From: a virus
Lineage: Duplodnaviria > Caudoviricetes
Strand: one strand, 5' to 3'
DNA: 27,254 nt
Virus record (IMG/VR): IMGVR_UViG_3300036802_000167
Location: 1 to 27,254 of that record
A program made the position numbers and the translations under genes. Under the pieces are notes generated by a model. The model had not been told where the DNA came from. It saw only the letters and a program-made list of their open reading frames with translations, and searched no databases. Numbering within the stretch: position 1 is the stretch's first letter; every line of letters starts with the position of its first letter. This document shows, piece after piece, positions 14,719-21,284 of the stretch.

Positions 14719-15297
14719 TTACAGCCGGCCCCCGTATCTGCTCATCAGCTCGTTCTTGGTCATGGCCGCGGCGTCGTCCGGGTCCGCGCCGCGCGTGGCC
14801 GCGTAGTCGATCCAGCGCTGCTTGTTGTCGTGCGGTGACGGCGGCTCCGCGGGTTCGGATTCGGGCTCCGGCTCGGGCTCCGGCTCGGGTTCAGGTTCCG
14901 GTTCGGGTTCAGGTTCCGGCTCCTGCTCAGGCTCGGGCTCGGGGACGGACCCGGCGCTGGTCAGGGCGGTCTCAGCCAGCGGGGAGACCTCGGTGACATC
15001 CGACACGCCTGTTTCCGCGGAGGCCCCGGCCACGGGCTCGGTCTCGGCCGGGGTCTCCGCCACGGGCGCGGGCGGGCTGCCTGGCAGCTGTCCCGTTGCC
15101 CCCTGCTCCCCGGCGGCGACGGCTTGCCGGCCGGGATCCAGGTCCTTTTTGAAGCCGGGGACCGCGAGCTCGATCCGGATCAGGTCCTCGGCTTCCCAGT
15201 CTTCGACTTCGAGCGTGGTGCCGGCCGGGTAGGCACGCCAGTCCCGGCCGCCGGGTCCCCCGCCGGACAGCGTGACGATCATCCGCACCGGTCGCAT
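14719..15297 (-). CDS. Post-capsid protein with an (EP)n linker and a small C-terminal helix-extension-helix-like domain
   Basis: GAGGAGG RBS before the ATG at 15297. The C-terminus [14 protein letters not shown]...AAAMTKNEL resembles small proteins found after actinophage capsid genes. Confidence 0.75.
   Translation of the reverse strand: [192 protein letters not shown]
14851..14944 (-). repeat. Degenerate hexamer tandem repeat encoding (Glu-Pro)n
   Basis: Encodes [29 protein letters not shown] with varied synonymous codons. Confidence 0.9.
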
Positions 15298-15314
15298 GCT
15301 AACCTCCTCTGGCA

Positions 15315-15352
15315 CCTCTCCCGCCGCGCGGTCACTCGCCCGGCGGGAGAGG
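15315..15352 (-). terminator. Strong hairpin immediately downstream of the capsid gene (terminator or mRNA stabiliser)
   Basis: 12-bp inverted repeat CCTCTCCCGCCG ... CGGCGGGAGAGG with further inner pairing. Confidence 0.6.
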
Positions 15353-15364
15353 CCACTGCCGTTG

Positions 15365-16627
15365 TCAGCTCGCCGCGCCCTGGTACAGCCGGATGGCGCC
15401 GGTCCGGTCGACCAGCGTGCCGTCGCCGCGCAGGATCGCGCGGAACGTCACCAGGTCGGAGCCGAACGCGAAGTCGTCCGACCGCTCGAACCGCACCCCG
15501 CCAACCAGTCTCACGAAGAACTGGCTGAAGTCGCCGAAGGCGATCGGCTTGGCGGCGGTCGCCATGGCCGGCATGAACGGGTCGGCGACCAGCGGCTTGC
15601 CGAGCAGCAGGTCAGGCGACCCCAGCACCGCGCTGGGCTCCCAGATCGGGCGTCCGACGGTGTCGGTGATCTTCCTGAAACCTCCGATGGTCTTGTCGGC
15701 GGCCAGCCAGTAGCAGCTGCGCGACTGGCGGTAGGGCGCGATCACGGAGTATTCGAGGTCTACGAGGTTTGCGTAGCTTGGTGCGCCGGAAACACCCGTA
15801 ACGCTACCAGTGACACCAACGGTAGCGGTGTTGATGATGCCGTTCGGCTGGCCGGTGCCGGTGCCGTTGACCAGGTCGGTGCCGAACGCGTTGCCGAGCG
15901 CGCGGCCCGCTTGCATGGCCAGGTAGCCGAGCAAGTCAACGGCCGTGTCATCGATCAGCTCACGTGCTACCTGAAGTAGCACCCCGTACTTGAACGCGCT
16001 GAGCGGCTGGGTCGCGAACGCCGGGTCCGAGGTAGGCAGCCCGCCGGCCTGAGCGGCCGAAGCGGCCGTGGAGTGCGCCGTTGTCTTCGGGACCTGCAGA
16101 GTCTCGCCGCCTCCGGTGTTGAGGACCGTCGGGCCGCACTGCATGACGCCCGACACCTCAATCAAATGTGCTATCAGCATGTCGTAGAAGTCGATCGGGA
16201 TGATCGAAGATGCGTTCGTACCGCCGACACCGCCGGTGGTCAGGACGCGGTAGTTGATCGGGCCGAGCTCGGGGGCGCGGCGGACTTCCATGACCCGCCC
16301 GGCGCCGTCGTCGCCGCGCGCCCACTTGCGGATCTCCTCCAGCATCTTGCCGCCGCCGGCCCGCTGGGCGGCTGCGCCCTGGTCGGGGCGCTTGCCGGAG
16401 AGGGCGTCGAACGCGTCGTCGGCTTCCTTGGCGCGCTTCTCGGTGTCCAGGACAGCGCGGATGCGCGTGTCCAGCTTGCCCATCTCCTCCTGGTAGGCGT
16501 CCCAGCGGCCCTGCTCCTCCTCGGTCAGGGCGCGGTTCTCCTCGGCGGCCTTCTCGGCGATGCCCTTCGCTTCCTCCCAGACGTTCAGGCGGCGGTCGCG
16601 GAGCCTCTTGGCAACTTCAGATGGCAT
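15365..16627 (-). CDS. HK97-family major capsid protein with N-terminal delta domain
   Basis: Coiled-coil N-terminus (AAEENRALTEEEQGRWD), AFKYG....VARELIDDTAVDL, NGTGTGQPNGI, ITDTVGRPIW, LLGKPL, IAFGDFS, F.SDLVTFRA..R.DG. Confidence 0.97.
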   Translation of the reverse strand: MPSEVAKRLRDRRLNVWEEAKGIAEKAAEENRALTEEEQGRWDAYQEEMGKLDTRIRAVLDTEKRAKEADDAFDALSGKRPDQGAAAQRAGGGKMLEEIRKWARGDDGAGRVMEVRRAPELGPINYRVLTTGGVGGTNASSIIPIDFYDMLIAHLIEVSGVMQCGPTVLNTGGGETLQVPKTTAHSTAASAAQAGGLPTSDPAFATQPLSAFKYGVLLQVARELIDDTAVDLLGYLAMQAGRALGNAFGTDLVNGTGTGQPNGIINTATVGVTGSVTGVSGAPSYANLVDLEYSVIAPYRQSRSCYWLAADKTIGGFRKITDTVGRPIWEPSAVLGSPDLLLGKPLVADPFMPAMATAAKPIAFGDFSQFFVRLVGGVRFERSDDFAFGSDLVTFRAILRGDGTLVDRTGAIRLYQGAAS

Positions 16628-16734
16628 GTCCGTGTTTCCTTTCGATTTGTTGCCATCTGCACCTGCACTGGCTCCGTCCGTTTGCAGCTACGGCCTGCAG
16701 CGCGCTTGCGATTCCGGTGTTTCCGGGGTTACTG

Positions 16735-17760
16735 CTAGTCCTCGTCGGCGTACGGGTCCTCCATGTTGGCCTGCAGCGCGAGCAGTGCCTGCGCGCCGGT
16801 CATCACGGGCTTCTTGGGCGGCTTGTACCGCTGGTCGGGCTTCGGCTTGCCGCCGTCCACGTCGCGGTACCGGCGGAAGAACTCCATGCCGCGGCCGTCG
16901 GTCAGCCGGGACCGGACTTCCTCCACGTCGGCCTGCACCCAGTCCGCGAGAGACTGGACGGCGCCGTTGATCGCGCGGGCGCTGGCGGTCGCGTCCGGGT
17001 AGGCCGGATCCAGAACCGGCGCGACATCGACCAGCTGCACGCTGACCAGCGTGCGCATGGGGTAGTTGAACTCGGACACGCCCCACTCGTCGCCGCCGGG
17101 GTAGACCCGGAACGCGAACGAGCTGTGCCGCACGTCGCCGCGCTGCACGTACTCCAGCACGTCACCGCGGGACTTCGGCGGCTCCACCTCGTACACCAGC
17201 CCGGTCTGGTCGGTGGCCAGCCGCAGCGTGCGCGCGTGGGTGGTGCCGAGCAGCTGGTCGTCGCGGTGGTTGTAGCGGCACACCACGTCCGGCCAGCCGG
17301 CGGTCTTGGCCTCGTTGAACGCGATCGGGTCGACCTGCTCCACGAAGCCGCCCAGCTTGCGGCTCAGCTTGCCGAACGCGGCGGCGTACCCGTAGATGAA
17401 CTGCGGGCCGTGCTCGTTCTCGGTGCGGACCTCGGGCGGGAACCGGGTGAACCGGCGCTCGGGGATGCCGTCCGGCTCGGTGTAGCCGAACGCGGCCCGG
17501 TTGTCGCCGGAGACCTGAATGTTGTGCTTTTTCGCCGCGGCCAGGATCTTGGGCATCGCGGCCTTGCCGAACGGGGACTGCGGCGCCCGTGACAGAGCGT
17601 TACGAGTGTGTGCCTCGTCGTGCACAGGAAAGTGCCGCTTGCTCCTGGGTGTCGTCTTGCCACCCGAGTCCTTTGTGCCCCCCGGCTCGATGTACGCAAA
17701 TGCGCTATCGGGGAGATCGTTGATGGCCGCTGATGTCAACGCGGCCCGGGGCTCACTCAT
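16735..17760 (-). CDS. HK97-type prohead protease (S78) with N-terminal DUF6582-like domain
   Basis: Protease motifs GYAAAFG.LS..LGGFVEQV...AF, YNHRDDQLLGTT, RGDVRHSSFAF, LVDVAPVLDPAYPD. N-terminal NDLPDSAFAY...RHFPVHDEAHTRNALSR. Confidence 0.93.
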   Translation of the reverse strand: MSEPRAALTSAAINDLPDSAFAYIEPGGTKDSGGKTTPRSKRHFPVHDEAHTRNALSRAPQSPFGKAAMPKILAAAKKHNIQVSGDNRAAFGYTEPDGIPERRFTRFPPEVRTENEHGPQFIYGYAAAFGKLSRKLGGFVEQVDPIAFNEAKTAGWPDVVCRYNHRDDQLLGTTHARTLRLATDQTGLVYEVEPPKSRGDVLEYVQRGDVRHSSFAFRVYPGGDEWGVSEFNYPMRTLVSVQLVDVAPVLDPAYPDATASARAINGAVQSLADWVQADVEEVRSRLTDGRGMEFFRRYRDVDGGKPKPDQRYKPPKKPVMTGAQALLALQANMEDPYADED

Positions 17761-17775
17761 TTAACAGACCTCTCA

Positions 17776-19338
17776 TCAGTGACCACTGAGCCCGTTACCA
17801 TTACCGCCGCTGCCGGACATGACCAGGTCGCGCCGGGACGGTATCCACGCCCCGACGAACTCCGGCCCGTCCGCCTGCTTCCGTGCCTGCGCGCGTAGCG
17901 CCGCCTGCCGCGCCTGCAGGAAGTTCCAGATAAGGTCCGCGTCCTCGCGCTCCTCGCGGCTGCCGCCGTAATGCCGCTGGGAGCCGATCACCTGGCCGAG
18001 CATGGAAGACGAGGAGGGAACCACCGGCTGGCCGGGAATATCCGGCTGCGCCAGGCCCTCTTTTTCCAGCTCCTCCAGCTTGTCCGCCGCCAGGTCCATC
18101 TCCAGCACGGTCTGGTTCAGCATCGACTTGGGGATGCCGCGGATCGACCGGGCCATCGCGACCATCACGTCCAGTGGGATGTTCTCGTTCCCCTGGCCGC
18201 CCGGCAGCGGCTCCATGTCCTCGGTATCGCGGATCTCGTCCACGCTGCGCATGCCGATCGCGCGCTGCATCTGGTAGATCTCGGTGCGCGTCTTCAGGTC
18301 CGTCTTCAGCAGGGCATCGCTGTTGAAGCGCACGTACCGGTTGGACGGCAGCAGGTCGTAGAACGCCGTCTCCAGCCGCACCAGCCACGGCCGCAGCGCC
18401 TCGATCACCTGCAGCGTGGACTGCTCCACCGTGTTGTACGTCAGGCTGTCCCCGCGAGTCCCGCCGATCCGGTCCGGCGGCAGCCCCAGCACCGACGCGA
18501 CCATCGTCGCGTTCATCCGCAGCGCCTCGATGAACTGGGCCTCGGACGGCGGGACGATCACCGGCTTGTAGTCCCAGTCGCGCCCGTAGACCAGGGGAGA
18601 CCTCTGCCGCAGCGAGCCGAGCAGGACCGAGCGGATCTCGGCGGCCTGCTCCTCGTTGATCTCGATCTCGGTGTTCTGGAATGTCCCGGTGGGGAAACCC
18701 CCCGACAGGTACCAGTCAGTGCCGTACCGCTCGGCCTCCAGGCCGGACAGGATGGTCGCCGCGAACGCGCGCAGCACCGAGATGCCCTCGGTCCGCCCGG
18801 CCAGGCTGAACGCCTTGACGTGGAACAGCTCCCGGCGGTCCATCAGCCGGCCGTACACGTAGATCCGGGTCCGCATCGGATTCCACGGCTGCATCTCGTC
18901 GTTGACGCAGATGACGTCCTCCGGCGGGATCCACTCGATGCCGCTGGGGTAGCCGTAGCCGTCGGTGCCGGTGATGAACCCCCACGCGTTGCCCTGCAGC
19001 AGCAGCGACGTCATCGCGGTGAAGATCCAGTCGAAGATCGTGCCGTCCGCCGACGGCTTGTCGAAGATCGACGGGCCGCTGTACCGGTGGGTGCGGTTGT
19101 CGTTCGCCCTGGTATACAGCTTGAGCGGCAGCGCCGCCGCCGACTCAGCCAGCAGCCGGACCCCGGAATACAGCGCGGGCAGCCCGAGCGCCCGGTCGGT
19201 ACCGAACATCGCGCGGCTGGGATGCACCGGCCCGCCCGTGTCGAACTTCCAGTACGGGCTGTCCCACGGCCGCCAGGGGACGCCTCCGATGACGCGCTGC
19301 TCGGTGCGGCTCGCCTGGATACGCTCAATCAGTCCCAC
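17776..19338 (-). CDS. HK97-family portal protein with C-terminal extension
   Basis: LLAESAAALPLKLY, LLLQGNAW, ELFHVK, GGFPTG, AQFIEA, LRPWLVRLE, VRFNSDALLKTDLKTR, DEIRDTEDMEPLPGG. Confidence 0.95.
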   Translation of the reverse strand: MGLIERIQASRTEQRVIGGVPWRPWDSPYWKFDTGGPVHPSRAMFGTDRALGLPALYSGVRLLAESAAALPLKLYTRANDNRTHRYSGPSIFDKPSADGTIFDWIFTAMTSLLLQGNAWGFITGTDGYGYPSGIEWIPPEDVICVNDEMQPWNPMRTRIYVYGRLMDRRELFHVKAFSLAGRTEGISVLRAFAATILSGLEAERYGTDWYLSGGFPTGTFQNTEIEINEEQAAEIRSVLLGSLRQRSPLVYGRDWDYKPVIVPPSEAQFIEALRMNATMVASVLGLPPDRIGGTRGDSLTYNTVEQSTLQVIEALRPWLVRLETAFYDLLPSNRYVRFNSDALLKTDLKTRTEIYQMQRAIGMRSVDEIRDTEDMEPLPGGQGNENIPLDVMVAMARSIRGIPKSMLNQTVLEMDLAADKLEELEKEGLAQPDIPGQPVVPSSSSMLGQVIGSQRHYGGSREEREDADLIWNFLQARQAALRAQARKQADGPEFVGAWIPSRRDLVMSGSGGNGNGLSGH

Positions 19339-19455
19339 GGACCTGGGACTCCCCTGCGGCTGGAGACGGACGGAGACCCGGCTCCGTTCCGGCCGCGGGC
19401 GTATGGCTAAAGGCCAGGCTACGCCCTGTTCATCAACTGAGCCAGCCTGGCCTGA

Positions 19456-19806
19456 TCACTTTCCGTTCCCGGGAGCGGTGCCGCCGGAGCAGGACCGCCG
19501 GAAAACGGCCAGTTCCGGATCCCACTGGTACCAGCAAATGAGCGCGTCCAGCGGCATCGGGTCGAAATCCGGGGAGAACCCGGCCGCCCGGCCGCAGTGC
19601 GTGCAGAGACCGCCGTCGATCACCGCGTCGCAGAGCCGGAACACCGCGTCCAGCGGGTGCAGCGCCCCGGCGGCCTGCCACCGCTTCCCCTGGCGCAGCG
19701 CGGCGATCCAGACGGGCGGGTCCTCCTCCTCGCAGCAGCGGATCTGGAACCCGTCCGCCCCGGTATGGCCGAGCAGGTCGACCGCGGCGGTGAACCGGGG
19801 ATCCAT
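19456..19806 (-). CDS. Hypothetical protein with CxxC (116 aa)
   Basis: GC3 bias; GGLCTHCGR...CWYQWDPEL..FRRSC. Confidence 0.7.
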   Translation of the reverse strand: MDPRFTAAVDLLGHTGADGFQIRCCEEEDPPVWIAALRQGKRWQAAGALHPLDAVFRLCDAVIDGGLCTHCGRAAGFSPDFDPMPLDALICWYQWDPELAVFRRSCSGGTAPGNGK

Positions 19807-19825
19807 CCCGCCGGACGGCGCCTGG

Positions 19826-20029
19826 CTAGCCGCTGTCACCGGACTCAACCCGCATGCCGGACAGGCCGGACGCGGCGCGCTCGCACAGCATGTCCACGAT
19901 CGCGGCGGCCAGCAGCGCGCGGTCGGCGCCGAGCAGGTCGCGGTCCGGGTTGCACGCCCGGGTGTAGGCGATGGCGAGCTCGATCTCGGGCGCCAGCGCG
20001 ACGGCCGGGACGACGACCCGGCGGCCTAT
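19826..20029 (-). CDS. Small hypothetical protein (67 aa) with apparent ATA start; not in ORF track
   Basis: Strong GC3-biased open frame IGRRVVVPAVALAPEIELAIAYTRAC..., GGAG upstream, and an ATAG overlap with the previous stop. Confidence 0.5.
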   Translation of the reverse strand: MGRRVVVPAVALAPEIELAIAYTRACNPDRDLLGADRALLAAAIVDMLCERAASGLSGMRVESGDSG

Positions 20030-20187
20030 GGCTGCTGCTCCACGGTGACGTCGCCGATGGTCATGCTGGCATCGGCGCCGGCCGCGTCGGTGTACCTGAC
20101 GACGCCGGCCGCCTGGATAGCGGCCACGGCAGCCTGCACCGCCTCCCCGTCATCGAACACGTGCGACACCAGGACGATCTTCTGCAT
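20026..20187 (-). CDS. Small hypothetical protein (53 aa, MQKIVLVSHVFDDGEAVQAA...); not in ORF track
   Basis: TAATG overlap, GGAG RBS. Confidence 0.7.
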   Translation of the reverse strand: MQKIVLVSHVFDDGEAVQAAVAAIQAAGVVRYTDAAGADASMTIGDVTVEQQP

Positions 20188-20366
20188 TACCACCACTCCG
20201 TTCCGAGACCGCCGCCGCCGGCCGCGGCGTAGTCGCCTTCGCTGTCCTGGTCGTCGGCGAAGATCCAGCCGCTGCGAACGTACGGCCGGTGGTCTGCCAG
20301 GGAATCGAGAATGCTCGCCAGCTCACCCGCGCTGGTGCCGTCGTCCAGCTCCACGATCAGCTTCAC
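20187..20366 (-). CDS. Small hypothetical protein (59 aa)
   Basis: GTG start (MKLIVELDDG...); the 3' part of track ORF 20187..20669. Confidence 0.6.
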   Translation of the reverse strand: MKLIVELDDGTSAGELASILDSLADHRPYVRSGWIFADDQDSEGDYAAAGGGGLGTEWW

Positions 20367-20383
20367 CAGGCCATTATCGCGGG

Positions 20384-20581
20384 CTAGTCCTTGCTGTCCA
20401 GCTTGCTCGGTTCCCCGGTCGGCTGCCAGCCGCGCTCCAGGCCCTCCAGCAGCCGGAACTGTTTGACCGCGGTGACGTGATCGAGCGGCCGGGTGCTGGC
20501 CGCGTTCCCGGTCTCGGTGTTGTAGACCTTCTCGCCGATCTTGACGCCGCCCTTGGTCACCGGGCGGATCTCGTAAGGCAT
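20384..20581 (-). CDS. Small basic phage protein (MPY..R...KVYNTETG...A.KQ.RLL type)
   Basis: GGAGG RBS; the pattern resembles small uncharacterised viral proteins. Confidence 0.75.
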   Translation of the reverse strand: MPYEIRPVTKGGVKIGEKVYNTETGNAASTRPLDHVTAVKQFRLLEGLERGWQPTGEPSKLDSKD

Positions 20582-20583
20582 GG

Positions 20584-21021
20584 TTACCCTCCCAGCGCGT
20601 CGGTGCCGCGCAGCACGGTGCCGTCAGGTTTCCAGACGTCGGGAACGACGGCGAGCGACGCGCGGGCAAGCTGCTCGGCCTCCGCGGCCTCGGCCTCGCG
20701 CAGCCGCTTGTACTCCTCCGGGTGATTGCGGGCCAGCTCCAGCATCGCCGCGATCTCCGGCGGCCAGCGGCGTTCCGGGCCGCCGGCTTTCCAGGACTGC
20801 AGCGCCGCCCACATCGACTCGCCCGGGTACCGCTCAGTCCGGGCCAGTACCGGCACCGACAGGTCGCAGGTCAGCCGGTAACTGCTGCCGTACAGCCGGT
20901 GGTCCGCGGAGAACTCGAAACTGGTCACGTCCCCGGACAGGGTGGTGTCCCGGCCGCCGAAGTTCCCGGTGAACAGCAGCCAGCCGGGCAGCTTCCGGGA
21001 GCTGAACGCGGTACGCCTCAC
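20584..21021 (-). CDS. Hypothetical protein whose C-terminus copies the TerL N-terminus
   Basis: GTGA overlap start; ends LAVVPDVWKPDGTVLRGTDALGG. Confidence 0.75.
   Translation of the reverse strand: MRRTAFSSRKLPGWLLFTGNFGGRDTTLSGDVTSFEFSADHRLYGSSYRLTCDLSVPVLARTERYPGESMWAALQSWKAGGPERRWPPEIAAMLELARNHPEEYKRLREAEAAEAEQLARASLAVVPDVWKPDGTVLRGTDALGG
20605..20656 (-). repeat. 52-bp imperfect direct repeat, copy A (copy B at 22959-23010)
   Basis: 45 of 52 nt identical by manual alignment. Confidence 0.85.
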
Positions 21022-21284
21022 CGGGCGGGCTCGGGCGCCGGCGGGTTCCTGGCGGCGAGCCGGGCGGCGATCTGGCCGTCGTCCAGGCCGAGGCCCTGCC
21101 AGTAGCCGTACCGGGCGGCGACCGCGCAGAACGCGAGGCCGCGCCAGGCGCCGCCGATGAGGAAGCCGATGACGTAGAAGAACCCGGCGATCAGCGTAAC
21201 CAGCACCCGGGCCGGGGCGGGCGCCTTGCGGGCCTGCCCGGCGAGCTCGGTGACGTGCAGCCGGTCTTCCATGGCGGTTGTCAT
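21018..21284 (-). CDS. Small membrane protein, in frame with and fused to TerL; has its own RBS and ATG
   Basis: AAGGATAAAAAG-ATG; hydrophobic VLVTLIAGFFYVIGFLIGGAWRGLAFCAVAA. Confidence 0.7.
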   Translation of the reverse strand: MTTAMEDRLHVTELAGQARKAPAPARVLVTLIAGFFYVIGFLIGGAWRGLAFCAVAARYGYWQGLGLDDGQIAARLAARNPPAPEPAR

